From NCBI GenBank assembly GCA_030606285.1, contig JAUWGS010000004.1, positions 9,713 through 73,712 on the forward strand: DNA of 64,000 nt. The letters run 5' to 3'. The translations under genes were made by a program, and so were the position numbers. The notes beneath the pieces are model-generated. The model searched no databases. It was not told where the DNA came from and saw only the letters and a list, made by a program, of their open reading frames with translations. This DNA is from Planctomycetales bacterium (GTDB lineage: Bacteria > 4484-113). Shown here piece after piece: positions 35,639-45,139 of this stretch (positions within the stretch are counted from its first letter, which is position 1; every line of letters begins with the position of its first letter).

Positions 35639-37300
35639 ATGGGAAAAACAGTGGCAAGAGCGCGAGCGCTGGTCCTGCTCTCATCAGCAATCGTTCTTAT
35701 GGGCTCGCTGATTGCGCCCGCGCAGGATAGTATCCCTGCTGTCGTCGCTAAAGCGAAGCCTGCTGTGGTAATGATAGTCACTAAGGATGCTTCGGATGAA
35801 CTGCTCAAGCAGGGCACCGGTTTCTTCATCAGTGCTGACGGCCAGCTTGTAACCAGTCGCCATGTCATCATTGGCGCGCACTCAGCCGAGGTCAAGACCG
35901 CGGATGGCAAGACCTATGCGGTTACTGAAGTGCTCGCTGAGGACGAGGAGGCTGACATCATCAAGCTAATGATTGAGGATGGCGGCCGGTCTTCCAACGG
36001 CTTCCCCTTTCTTACGCTGGCACCGAGGTTGCCTGTAGAGGGCGAACAGGTAGTGGTCATTGGCAGCCCGCTCGCGCTGGAAGGTACGGTCTCCGACGGG
36101 CTAGTCTCTGCTGTGCGCGAAATTCCCGCCATAGGACATATCATCCAGATAACCGCGCCTATCTCTCCCGGCTCTAGCGGAAGTCCGGTGCTTAACCTGC
36201 GGGGCGAAGTCGTCGGAATCGCATCGTTCCTCATTGAGGAAGGCCAGAGCTTGAACTTCGCTATTCCTGCTGAGAAGATTCGCGCGCTCGTTCCGGGCGC
36301 ACCGAGAAGCCTTAACGAGTGGCGATTCGGGACCCGGGATGTGCTCGCTTCAGTCGAAGGTTTGTCGCAGGGCCTTTCTAGACTGTCGGAGGAGGACTAC
36401 GCAGGTGCACTTAGCTTTTTCTTGAAGGCGCTAGAAGCTGACCCGAGAAATCCGTTTGTATGGTTGTTGGCCGGCTACTGCTACGGCGAGCTTGGCCACT
36501 ATCAGGAGGCGATGGAGGAATTCAAGCAGGCGATACGGATAAAGCCTGATTATGCCGAGGCGCACTATAACCTGGGCGTCACCTACGGCGAGCTCGGCCG
36601 CCATCAGGAAGCGATAGAGGCATTCAAGCAGGCGATACGGATAAAGCCTGATGATGCCGAGGCGCACTATAACCTGGGCGTCACCTACGGCGAGCTTGGC
36701 CACTATCAGGAGGCGATGGAGGCATACAAGCAGGCGATACGGATAAAGCCTGATTATGCCGACGCGCACTATAACCTAGGCGTCACCTACGGCGAGCTCG
36801 GCCGCCACAGCGAGGCGATGGAGGCATACAAGCAGGCGATACGGATAAAGCCTGATGATGCCGAGGCGCACAATAACCTGGGCGTCGCCTATGGCAGGCT
36901 CGGCCGCCATCAGGAAGCGATAGAGGCATTCAAGCAGGCGATAAAGATAACGCCTGATTATGCTAATGCGCACAATAACCTTGGAATCGTCTACGGCGAG
37001 CTTGGCCGCCAGCACGAGGCGATAGGGGCATTCAAGCAGGCGATACGGATAAAGCCTGATAATGCCGAGGCGCATCGTAACTTGGGGGTGGCATACACCA
37101 AGCTTGGCAGCTATGACGAGGCGATAGAGGCATATAAGCAGGCGATACGGATAAAGCCTGATTTCGCAGAGGCGCACTTGAGTTTGGGAGCGGCATATCT
37201 AATGGTTGGCAACCGGGGCGCAGCACTTGACGAGTATGCGATCCTGAAGGAGCTGAATGAGGAGCTCGCCAGTATACTGTTCGATCTTCTCTATCCATGA
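35639..37300 (+). CDS. secreted trypsin-like (S1C/Trypsin_2) serine protease fused to ~8-9 TPR repeats
   Basis: Signal peptide; catalytic context TSRHVI, ADIIKL and GSSGSPV; then TPR units such as EAIEAFKQAIRIKPDDAEAHYNLGVTYGELGRHQ. TATAAT plus GGAGGGAGG lie upstream. Confidence 0.85.
   Translation: MGKTVARARALVLLSSAIVLMGSLIAPAQDSIPAVVAKAKPAVVMIVTKDASDELLKQGTGFFISADGQLVTSRHVIIGAHSAEVKTADGKTYAVTEVLAEDEEADIIKLMIEDGGRSSNGFPFLTLAPRLPVEGEQVVVIGSPLALEGTVSDGLVSAVREIPAIGHIIQITAPISPGSSGSPVLNLRGEVVGIASFLIEEGQSLNFAIPAEKIRALVPGAPRSLNEWRFGTRDVLASVEGLSQGLSRLSEEDYAGALSFFLKALEADPRNPFVWLLAGYCYGELGHYQEAMEEFKQAIRIKPDYAEAHYNLGVTYGELGRHQEAIEAFKQAIRIKPDDAEAHYNLGVTYGELGHYQEAMEAYKQAIRIKPDYADAHYNLGVTYGELGRHSEAMEAYKQAIRIKPDDAEAHNNLGVAYGRLGRHQEAIEAFKQAIKITPDYANAHNNLGIVYGELGRQHEAIGAFKQAIRIKPDNAEAHRNLGVAYTKLGSYDEAIEAYKQAIRIKPDFAEAHLSLGAAYLMVGNRGAALDEYAILKELNEELASILFDLLYP
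36440..37210 (+). repeat. 102-bp tandem periodicity (about 7-8 units) encoding highly similar TPRs
   Basis: GCGATACGGATAAAGCCTGAT recurs at 36530, 36632, 36734, 36836, (36938 variant), 37040 and 37142. Confidence 0.9.
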
Positions 37301-37405
37301 GGATGAGGCAGTCGAGAGGGCCAGCTACCCCAGCCAATCCACAATCCCTTCGAACGCGCGGTCGATGCGAGCCACTGGTGCACAAGTGCCGAAGAGGTGA
37401 GGGTG

Positions 37406-37648
37406 TTACCAGAAATGTCGCTTGGCGAATGCTCGGCCTGAACCGGTTTTCAAGTACTCCTCGAATCTGTCCGCTGATGACGCGCTGGTAAACGCGATGT
37501 AGGCAACGAGTTCCCAAGGGGCGTGCTTGGCTGTATGTGGAGATTGCCTATAGTTGTGTTCTTGCAGTCTGCGTTGAACGTCAGTGCTTATGCCAGTGTA
37601 GGTCTTTCTTGGGTTCTTCTTGCTACGCAACAGGTAGACATACTTCAT
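37406..37648 (-). CDS. GIY-YIG nuclease-family protein (small, UPF0213/Slx1-like)
   Basis: KYVYLLRS...TYTGISTDVQRRLQEHN carries the GIY/YIG, Arg and Glu motifs. ATG 37648 has GGGAGAA upstream. AT-richer than the surroundings. Confidence 0.8.
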   Translation of the reverse strand: MKYVYLLRSKKNPRKTYTGISTDVQRRLQEHNYRQSPHTAKHAPWELVAYIAFTSASSADRFEEYLKTGSGRAFAKRHFW

Positions 37649-37796
37649 TGGTTTCTCCCTGCCAGAAATGTTAACGTCCGACTTCGCCAAGGCTATGTCG
37701 GACATTCGCCTTCGCTACGTAGCCTCTAATCTCTTGTGTTCTCATGATGGATGGTAATCAGAAGCCACGGGATTCGCCGAAGCCTTTGGCGAAGGC

Positions 37797-37884
<88 letters not shown>

Positions 37885-37975
37885 GTTGCGATGTGCAGCG
37901 GGAATGATTCTAACACCGCCCTTCGCGCCGGGCAAGGGGAGGGGAGCTGGGAAGCGACCAGCACGGCGGTCTCAG

Positions 37976-39370
37976 CTAGCTGGCGCTCTCGGCGGGCTCT
38001 TCGGGTGCATCCTCCTCATCACGGCCTGCCATTACGTATCTGAGCCAGATGGGAGTCACGAGCGTCGTGACTAGAACCATCAAGATCATTATCGAGAAGA
38101 CCTGCGCGTCGATGACTCCCGCGGTAAGGCCTACGGATGCCATGATCAAGCCGACCTCGCCCCGGCTTATCATCCCGACGCCGACCCGGAATGCCTGCTT
38201 GCGCGTGAACCCGGCGCACATCGCGCCAAACATGCAGCCCCAGGCTTTTGTAACAATCGCAACAACCACAATCAGCAGCGCAAACGTCACAACGAGCCAT
38301 TCCTCGCGAGTCATGCTCAGCATGTGCGCGAGCGGCGCTAAGATTGTGCGCGCGTCGGCCTCCAGACCGATGCTGATGAAGAATATGGAGACGAACAGCC
38401 CGTAGGTCAGCATCTGCACCCGGTGCTCAATCTGGTCACGCAGATGCGTTTGTGCTATCAGCACACCGGCCAAGTAGCTGCCGGTAATCGCGGCGAGATT
38501 GCCGATGAACTCCGCCATCCAGGCAAACAGCAGCCCGATAACAATCGCTCCGGCGAGAAGGCCGCCGGTAATGGGCTGCCGGCCCATATATCTGATGTAG
38601 CGGAATGCGAACTTGAAGCCAAACCAGGCGATAAACACGAACAGCACCATCAGCAGCAGGAGAACCAGAATTCTTATGGGCCCTGCATGGGCTTCCACAA
38701 CCGGGCTTGTGCGCAACCAGACCATAATGTGGTCAAGCAGCCGTTCTCTGGCGTGTTCTACGCCCGCCCCCGGCCGGAATGCAATGACGACGGAGAGCAG
38801 GAAGATGCCCAGTATGTCGTCGATTACCGCTGCGCCGAGAATGGTCATTCCCTCGCGGCTCTTGATGGCCCCCAGCTCCATGAGTGTCTGGGCGGAGATG
38901 GAGACCGAAGTCGCCGTGAGGATCGTGCCTATGAAGAGAACCTCGTAGAACCCGTAACCCAGGCCGAGATAGGCGAACGTGGCCGCTACGGCTATACCGG
39001 CAAAGAGCGGAAGCAATGCGCCCCCGGTCGCTGCGGCGAGAGCTGCTTTGCCGACGGTTCTCATCCTGTTCAGGTCGGTTTCCAGGCCTGCCAGGAACAT
39101 CAGCAGAATAACGCCTATTACCGCCATATCCTTGATGGTGGCGAAGACCGGCGAGACGTGCGCCGCACCGGTTTCAACGGCGTCGATTGTGGCGGGGTCG
39201 AGGAATATGGGCCAGCCCAGGATGTTGAGGAGCGTGGGGCCGAGGATAAGGCCGATGAGTATCTTGCCGAAGACCGCCGGCTGACCCCACCGCAGGGAAA
39301 GCGAACCGGCCCACTTCGCACAGGCGATAATGATTACCAGCAGCAACAGCAGTTGAAGCGTGTGAGACAT
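37976..39370 (-). CDS. cation:proton antiporter (CPA2 / Kef-NapA type Na+/H+ exchanger family)
   Basis: About 12 TM helices with an N-terminus typical of Na_H_Exchanger proteins (AGSLSLRWGQPAVFGKILIGLILGP) and an acidic C-terminal tail. Confidence 0.8.
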   Translation of the reverse strand: MSHTLQLLLLLVIIIACAKWAGSLSLRWGQPAVFGKILIGLILGPTLLNILGWPIFLDPATIDAVETGAAHVSPVFATIKDMAVIGVILLMFLAGLETDLNRMRTVGKAALAAATGGALLPLFAGIAVAATFAYLGLGYGFYEVLFIGTILTATSVSISAQTLMELGAIKSREGMTILGAAVIDDILGIFLLSVVIAFRPGAGVEHARERLLDHIMVWLRTSPVVEAHAGPIRILVLLLLMVLFVFIAWFGFKFAFRYIRYMGRQPITGGLLAGAIVIGLLFAWMAEFIGNLAAITGSYLAGVLIAQTHLRDQIEHRVQMLTYGLFVSIFFISIGLEADARTILAPLAHMLSMTREEWLVVTFALLIVVVAIVTKAWGCMFGAMCAGFTRKQAFRVGVGMISRGEVGLIMASVGLTAGVIDAQVFSIMILMVLVTTLVTPIWLRYVMAGRDEEDAPEEPAESAS

Positions 39371-39515
39371 GGCGGTCTGTGCGACGCCATATCATCCTAC
39401 ACATATAACCTGTAGTCAACAGCATTATGGCCGGATTTGGGGCAGTTGCGGTGAGCTTTCAGCCGGCAGGCGCTCACGCGGGATGCGGCAGAGGGCGGGC
39501 GGCCGCCGATTCGGC

Positions 39516-39521
39516 TATAAT
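39516..39521 (+). promoter_or_regulatory. TATAAT box 9 nt upstream of the glycosyltransferase ATG (leaderless-type)
   Basis: TATAAT at 39516-39521 and ATG at 39531. Confidence 0.4.
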
Positions 39522-39530
39522 CGTCTGCGA

Positions 39531-40730
39531 ATGAGTAAGGTGAAGATTCTGGAAGTCGCCGGCCTGGACCATTTCTTCAAGTACTTCCTGAAGCGGCTGA
39601 TCGAGGGAATGTCCCGCGAGGGCTGGGAAGTGGTCTGCGCGTGCGGCGAATCCGGCTATTCGGACGTGCTGCGCGCGGACGGCTTGGACGTGAGAACCGT
39701 GCCGTACAGGCGCACGGTTAATCCCCTGGCGCACGTGCCCACTGTGCTTTCGCTGAGTTCACTCATACGGCGGGAGCGGTTTAACGTGGTGCACGTCCAC
39801 AACCCGCTGATGTCACTAATCGGCCGGATGGCAACTGTCCTTGCACGCCCTCCACTGGTTATTTACACCTCACACGGGTTCTATTTCCACGAGCATATGC
39901 CCGCCTGGAAGCGTCTTGTGGGCTTGAGCCTGGAGCGGCTGGCCAGCCCCGTCACCGACTTCCTGCTCACCGTGAACTCTGAGGACGCAGAGCTTGCGGT
40001 GCGGCTGGGCCTATTCCGCAAAGAGCAGGTCCTGGTAATCGGCAATGGCGTTGACTTGCAGGTATTCGACCCCGCAAAAGTTCCCGATGCCAAGCGGGAA
40101 TTCCTGCTGAGGGAGTTTCGTATCCCACCCCACCGCCGCATCGTCGGCATGGTTGCCCGCTACACCCGCGAAAAGGGGCTATTGGAGTTCCTGGATGCAG
40201 CCGCTTCGCTGCGCGCGGTGATGAATGATGTCTCGTTTATCGTGGTGGGAGGTCCTGCAAGTGGCGACCGCCATCCGCTGACGCTCACCGAGATGGAACG
40301 TATAGCGGGCTTCTACGGGGTTTCCGACCGGGTCGTGTTCACGGGTGTGCGTGATGATGTCCCTGACATCCTCTCGCTGTTTGATGTCTTCGTGTTGCCG
40401 TCGTACCGCGAGGGCATGCCGTGCTCGGTGCTCGAAGCGATGGCGATGGAAGTCCCTGTCGTGGTGACGGACATTCGCGGCTGCCGAGAGGAAGTCACGG
40501 AGGGCGTCGAAGGCTGCTTTGTGCCCGTGCGCGACGTTGACACGCTCACCGACCGCATCTTTGCCATCCTGAACAGCCCGCAGATGGCGGCGGAGATGGG
40601 CCGGCGCGGGCGAGAGCGAGTCCAGCGGGAGTTCGATGAGAAAGCCGTCGTGCGGCTGCAGATAGAGACCATTCAGCGGCTGCTGGAAGAGCGGCGCAAT
40701 GGGACCGAGCACCGGCGCGCCGAGGGTTGA
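39531..40730 (+). CDS. glycosyltransferase family 4 (GT-B fold)
   Basis: VLPSYREGMPCSVLEAMAMEVPVVVTDIRGCREEV is the EX7E-type motif. The start was moved from the ORF-track 39369 to ATG 39531 (MSKVKILEVAG). Confidence 0.8.
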   Translation: MSKVKILEVAGLDHFFKYFLKRLIEGMSREGWEVVCACGESGYSDVLRADGLDVRTVPYRRTVNPLAHVPTVLSLSSLIRRERFNVVHVHNPLMSLIGRMATVLARPPLVIYTSHGFYFHEHMPAWKRLVGLSLERLASPVTDFLLTVNSEDAELAVRLGLFRKEQVLVIGNGVDLQVFDPAKVPDAKREFLLREFRIPPHRRIVGMVARYTREKGLLEFLDAAASLRAVMNDVSFIVVGGPASGDRHPLTLTEMERIAGFYGVSDRVVFTGVRDDVPDILSLFDVFVLPSYREGMPCSVLEAMAMEVPVVVTDIRGCREEVTEGVEGCFVPVRDVDTLTDRIFAILNSPQMAAEMGRRGRERVQREFDEKAVVRLQIETIQRLLEERRNGTEHRRAEG

Positions 40731-40794
40731 GCCGCGCATCTTGTATCATCCATCGCAGAGGGCTAGAATGCTAGTGTCTCAGGAGGTTTGCTGA

Positions 40795-41547
40795 ATGTCA
40801 GGGCATAACAAGTGGGCCAACATCCGTGTCCGCAAAGGGTCGCAGGACGCCAAACGCGGGAAGCTGTTTTCAAAGCTCATCCGCGAGCTCACCGTCGCCG
40901 CACGCGAAGGCGGAGCAGACATCGAGACCAATGCGGCGCTCAAAGTCGCGATTTCGCGCGCCCGGGATGCTAACGTGCCCAAGGACACCATCGAGAAAGC
41001 TATCGCTCGGGCTTCCGGTGCTGCAGGCGGGGCCAGCTTTGAACGGGTCATGTACGAAGGCTACGGGCCGCTGGGCATTGCCGTGATGGTCGAAGCGGTG
41101 ACGGACAACAAGAACCGCACGGTGGCGTATGTTCGCAGCATTTTCACGCGCTCCGGCGGCAATCTCGGCGAAACCGGCTGCGTGTCCTGGCTCTTCAAGC
41201 GCAAGGGGCAGTTCACGATTCACCGCGAGGGTCGCAGCGAAGACGACCTGCTGGAGCTTGTGGTGGAATCCGGCGCGGAGGATTTCAAAGAAGAGGAGGA
41301 CGTCTATTACGTGTACTGCGAACCGTCCGAGTTTTCGCTCGTGCGGGATTACCTGCATGAGCACAACGTGGAGGTCACGTCTTCCGACATCGTGATGATG
41401 CCTAACACGACAATCGAGGTGACATCCGAGAAGGACGCGGACAAGCTGCTGCGCCTGCTGGAGGCGCTGGAAGACAGCGACGACGTGCAGAAGGTGCACG
41501 CCAACTGGGAGATGGCTGACGCGCTGGTGGAGAAAGTCGTCTCGTGA
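40795..41547 (+). CDS. yebC: YebC/PmpR-family DNA-binding transcriptional regulator
   Basis: MSGHNKWANIRVRKGSQDAKRGKLFSKLIRELTVAAREGG. AGGAGG RBS. Typical linkage to ruvC-ruvA. Confidence 0.92.
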   Translation: MSGHNKWANIRVRKGSQDAKRGKLFSKLIRELTVAAREGGADIETNAALKVAISRARDANVPKDTIEKAIARASGAAGGASFERVMYEGYGPLGIAVMVEAVTDNKNRTVAYVRSIFTRSGGNLGETGCVSWLFKRKGQFTIHREGRSEDDLLELVVESGAEDFKEEEDVYYVYCEPSEFSLVRDYLHEHNVEVTSSDIVMMPNTTIEVTSEKDADKLLRLLEALEDSDDVQKVHANWEMADALVEKVVS

Positions 41548-42026
41548 GGATCCTCGGCATCGACCCGGGCTACCAGCGCATTGGATACGCCGTACTGGAA
41601 GCATACCGCGACCGCAAGCCGGTACTGGCCGAGAGCGGGGTCTTTGAGACCTCCGCCGACGACCCGTTCCCCGTAAGACTCGTGCAGATGCGCGACGCGC
41701 TGCGTGAGGTTATCGAGCGCCTGGACCCGACGGAGCTTTCGCTGGAGGAGCTTTACTGGTCAAAGAACGTGAAGACCGCCATTGCCGTCGCGCAGGCTCG
41801 CGGCGTGCTGATGCTGACTGCCAGCGAGCAGGGGCTTGAAGTCGCAGAGTATTCGCCCACCACGCTAAAGCTCGGCCTTACGGGCAGCGGCAATGCGGAC
41901 AAGGGCCAGGTGAAGTATATGGTGGAGCAGATGCTGAAGCTGCCCCAGGCCAAACGCCTGGACGACGAGTACGACGCCATCGCGCTTGCGCTGTTGCACG
42001 CAATCCAAAAAGGACTTATGCTCTAG
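41544..42026 (+). CDS. ruvC: crossover junction endodeoxyribonuclease RuvC
   Basis: MRILGIDPGYQRIGYAVLE. The GTGA overlaps the yebC stop. Confidence 0.92.
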   Translation: MRILGIDPGYQRIGYAVLEAYRDRKPVLAESGVFETSADDPFPVRLVQMRDALREVIERLDPTELSLEELYWSKNVKTAIAVAQARGVLMLTASEQGLEVAEYSPTTLKLGLTGSGNADKGQVKYMVEQMLKLPQAKRLDDEYDAIALALLHAIQKGLML

Positions 42027-42028
42027 CC

Positions 42029-42628
42029 GTGCTCGCGTTCATCGAAGGAGTCGTGGCGCATCATCCGGGGGAGGGCCGGGTAGTTGTTAAGGTCGGCGAT
42101 TTCGGCATCCTCGTGGATATGGTCCCCCGCGATGCAAACTCGCTGCGCTACGGCGAGCGCGTAAAGCTGCATACCAAGCTCATCCTCAACGTCCAGGACG
42201 GCAAGTTCACCTGCTACGGCTTCCTCGACGCGAATACGCGCGACGTATTCAGGCTGCTGCTGAAGGGGCATGGCGTCGGCCCGAAGGTGGCGCTGTCGCT
42301 GCTGGATATGGGCACCGCGCGGCTGGTGCGCGCCATTGAGGAGGAGCAGGCGGCGATTCTGACGGGCGTGTCCGGCGTGGGCGCAAAAACGGCGCGGCGC
42401 CTGGTGGTTGACCTGAAAGGCCAGTTTGCCGAGGTGATGGATATGCTCCCCGAAGTCGAGGTCGCGGTGGGCCCGCAGGCCGAAGTCCTGCAGGCGCTGG
42501 TGGGCCTGGGATTCAGGGAAAGCGAGGTACATTCGGTGCTGGCGAACCTGAGCGCTGAAGGCACGGATATTGCCGAGACCCCGCTGGAAGAACTCCTGCG
42601 CGTCGCCCTGGAGAGACTGCGGAGGTAG
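42029..42628 (+). CDS. ruvA: Holliday junction branch migration complex subunit RuvA
   Basis: MLAFIEGVV..., helix-hairpin-helix GVGPKVALSLL and GVGAKTARRLV. GTG start. No ruvB follows. Confidence 0.9.
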   Translation: MLAFIEGVVAHHPGEGRVVVKVGDFGILVDMVPRDANSLRYGERVKLHTKLILNVQDGKFTCYGFLDANTRDVFRLLLKGHGVGPKVALSLLDMGTARLVRAIEEEQAAILTGVSGVGAKTARRLVVDLKGQFAEVMDMLPEVEVAVGPQAEVLQALVGLGFRESEVHSVLANLSAEGTDIAETPLEELLRVALERLRR

Positions 42629-42640
42629 GGCAAGGGCCGG

Positions 42641-42748
42641 CTAAAGGCTAACCGTTGCTCCGCTCACTTTGCTGTTGCCGCAGGAGCCGGTGAAGATGAA
42701 TAGTAACGCCAGCAGCGTTACCGCCGTAATAATGACTTTCTTTTTCAT
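42641..42748 (-). CDS. 35-aa putative micro-lipoprotein (not in the ORF track)
   Basis: AGGAGGAAGGACG precedes the ATG at 42748. Translation is MKKKVIITAVTLLALLFIFTGSCGNSKVSGATVSL, i.e. a signal peptide plus Cys23 and a 13-aa mature part. It lies downstream of the two paralog genes on the same strand. Confidence 0.45.
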   Translation of the reverse strand: MKKKVIITAVTLLALLFIFTGSCGNSKVSGATVSL

Positions 42749-42832
42749 CGTCCTTCCTCCTAAAACACTGATTCTTGTTTTACACTACAAATATATATGT
42801 CCCGCAGCCGGAGGTGTCCCTCCAGCCGCGCG

Positions 42833-45115
42833 TTATCGAGGGAAGTTCTTCAGGACAAGCACATCTCCGCCGCCGCCGCCTATATCTTCCGTGCCGTCCG
42901 GTTGGCATTCAGTCCCTGACGCTACATTAACACTGCCAATAAGCTCAACGGATGAGGGGGATATTGCCGTGAACTCGAACTCGATGGGCTCGGTCACGGC
43001 ACCAATGCTTCCCCAAACTCCAGTGACGGACCGACAATGTCCGGCTAAGACAACGTTCCCATCGTAATCCAAGGCTAGTTCGTACGTAGCAGCAGAAAGG
43101 CTTTCTCCTCCCCAACCGTACGCGTAGATTACACTACCGGCGGCATCATACTTAGCGACCGCCGCAAGTTTCGAATCGTCCACTATCTCAGAACCAGCAG
43201 CCCATAGAGCTTCGCTCTCGTCTATGACGAGCGAGCTGGAAACAGGAGCCGAAAATGCCAGATCCGGACTTCCCACTACAGGACGCTTGACAATGTAGGA
43301 GTCCGCTGTCATTGAATGCGGATCCCACACTGTACCGCTGCAGAAAACGACCTCGCCCTGACTCAGTACAATCTTGCCTATGCTCTCGTTAAGGCCAGAG
43401 TCTCCCTGAAGCGCCGATATCAGTGCACCATCCTGTGAGAATTCTAGCAGCACACAGTCTACTTGCAGGGCAGTGTCATTGCCGGTCCTGCCCCCAGAAT
43501 AGACATCGCCGGCGATGTTAACCGCGACAGAGCCTCCTCTATCTTCATCGGTGACATCCCATTTGATGGCCCACAGGGCATCGACGTCACATGTAAACTT
43601 CACGACGATGCCGTCCCTGTTGCTACCCCCGAATGTCGTCCAGTAGCCGGCGAAGTAGATGTTGTCTTCTTCGTCAACAGCCATATCCGCCACCCGCTCG
43701 TAGTCCGCCGTGCCCCAGGTTTTCTGCATCAGCAGGTTCCCCTCCGGGTCATACTTGAGGATGAAAATATCGTCGGCGCCCGCGCCGAAGCTCGTTGTAT
43801 GCCCTCCCACAATGATGTTACCGCCATTAAGCACTGCAATACCGCACGGATACTCGAAGTACTGCCCACCCCAAGTCCTGGCCCACAAGAGCTGCCCCTC
43901 AGGCGAATACTTCAAAACCAGCGAATCCTGGGTTCCCGCACCGAAGCTCTCCGTGTAGCCAAGAACGTATATGTTGCCTTCTTCGTCCACAGCCACGCCT
44001 TCCGCTTCTTCGCTGCTGCCGCCACCCCATGTATGGGCCCACATGTCGCGTTCCGAGACGGTGAGCGTGAAGGGGAAGGAGGCGTCGCCGTAGGCGTTGG
44101 TGACGGTGAGGGTGGCGGCGTATTCGCCCGCGTCGGTGAGCGTGACGGTTGGCGAGGAATCGCTGGAAGTGTCGGGTTCTGCTCCGCCGCCGAAGTCCCA
44201 CGCGTATTCAAGAGTCTCTGCGCCGGTGACTGTAGCGCTAAACGTGTATTCCTCGTGCTGATAGCCCTCAGTTGGGCTGACCTCGTAGATTATCGGCTCA
44301 TTGCTTGGCCGCAGCACCGCGTTTGACGGCTCGCCCGGCGCGCCTTCGCTGTCTATCGGCACCACCCGATGCCACAGCGCCGCGGGCGATTCGATGATTG
44401 CGCTGTATTCCAGCCGACCTTCGCCCGTTCCCGCATCCTGCGCGATTTCGCTGACTAGCTCATAGGCTCCCGCTTCTTCCGCTGCGCCTTCGATTGCGTA
44501 GTGATGCACCTCCACTGCGAAGTTCATCGCAATCGGCGTGATGTCTTCTATGCCGATGCGCCCATTGCCGCTTCCGTCAATTACGGCAAGCAGGCAGTTA
44601 ACATCGGTCGGCTCATAGCTCTCGCCATAATGCATAGCCAAAGGCGTGATATCAGAGATACCCACAGTGCCGTTCTGGTCGTAATCGCCGAGATTCCTGT
44701 AGTGCCAGGAAAGCGTGAATGTCCCGTCGCCATTGTCGCGGATGGCGAGGTCATTCACCCTGTTGGCTTCGCCGGTTGGCGGAGTGGAGATGAGTTTGCC
44801 CATTCCCCGGGGACTGTCGGTCTCCAGACCGGGCGACCCAACGAATTCGCACGAAACGCCCGACCTAGAGGTCGACGCTCCCCATTGTTCGTGAAGCGCC
44901 TCCCCCAGCGCATCCTTCAGCGCCACCCACAGCGCTTCATCCATGCCATCGGGCGTTTCCAGCGCGTCGAGCTCGGCTAGTGCGTCGTCGAGGGAAACGT
45001 CGGACGCCGTCTGGATAGACGGCGCTACCCGGTGGCTGCCGCATCCGGCCAGCAGCATAACCGTCGCGAGTGCGGCTACCAGAGCCAGCAAAACTTTGCG
45101 GCTTCGCATATTCAT
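42833..45115 (-). CDS. 760-aa lipoprotein (paralog c): dockerin-like double F-hand, Ig/Fn3-like, PKD, SBBP-type beta-propeller repeats
   Basis: Lipobox MLLAGC and the shared N-module. F-hands DYDQNGTVGISDITPLAMHYG and DGSGNGRIGIEDITPIAMNF. PKD motif YAWDFGGGAEPD. Repeats such as AEGVAVDEEGNIYVLGYTESFGAGTQDSLVLKYSPEGQLLW. Confidence 0.8.
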   Translation of the reverse strand: MNMRSRKVLLALVAALATVMLLAGCGSHRVAPSIQTASDVSLDDALAELDALETPDGMDEALWVALKDALGEALHEQWGASTSRSGVSCEFVGSPGLETDSPRGMGKLISTPPTGEANRVNDLAIRDNGDGTFTLSWHYRNLGDYDQNGTVGISDITPLAMHYGESYEPTDVNCLLAVIDGSGNGRIGIEDITPIAMNFAVEVHHYAIEGAAEEAGAYELVSEIAQDAGTGEGRLEYSAIIESPAALWHRVVPIDSEGAPGEPSNAVLRPSNEPIIYEVSPTEGYQHEEYTFSATVTGAETLEYAWDFGGGAEPDTSSDSSPTVTLTDAGEYAATLTVTNAYGDASFPFTLTVSERDMWAHTWGGGSSEEAEGVAVDEEGNIYVLGYTESFGAGTQDSLVLKYSPEGQLLWARTWGGQYFEYPCGIAVLNGGNIIVGGHTTSFGAGADDIFILKYDPEGNLLMQKTWGTADYERVADMAVDEEDNIYFAGYWTTFGGSNRDGIVVKFTCDVDALWAIKWDVTDEDRGGSVAVNIAGDVYSGGRTGNDTALQVDCVLLEFSQDGALISALQGDSGLNESIGKIVLSQGEVVFCSGTVWDPHSMTADSYIVKRPVVGSPDLAFSAPVSSSLVIDESEALWAAGSEIVDDSKLAAVAKYDAAGSVIYAYGWGGESLSAATYELALDYDGNVVLAGHCRSVTGVWGSIGAVTEPIEFEFTAISPSSVELIGSVNVASGTECQPDGTEDIGGGGGDVLVLKNFPR

Positions 45116-45139
45116 CTCGTTTCTCGCCGTGCAGGGCGC

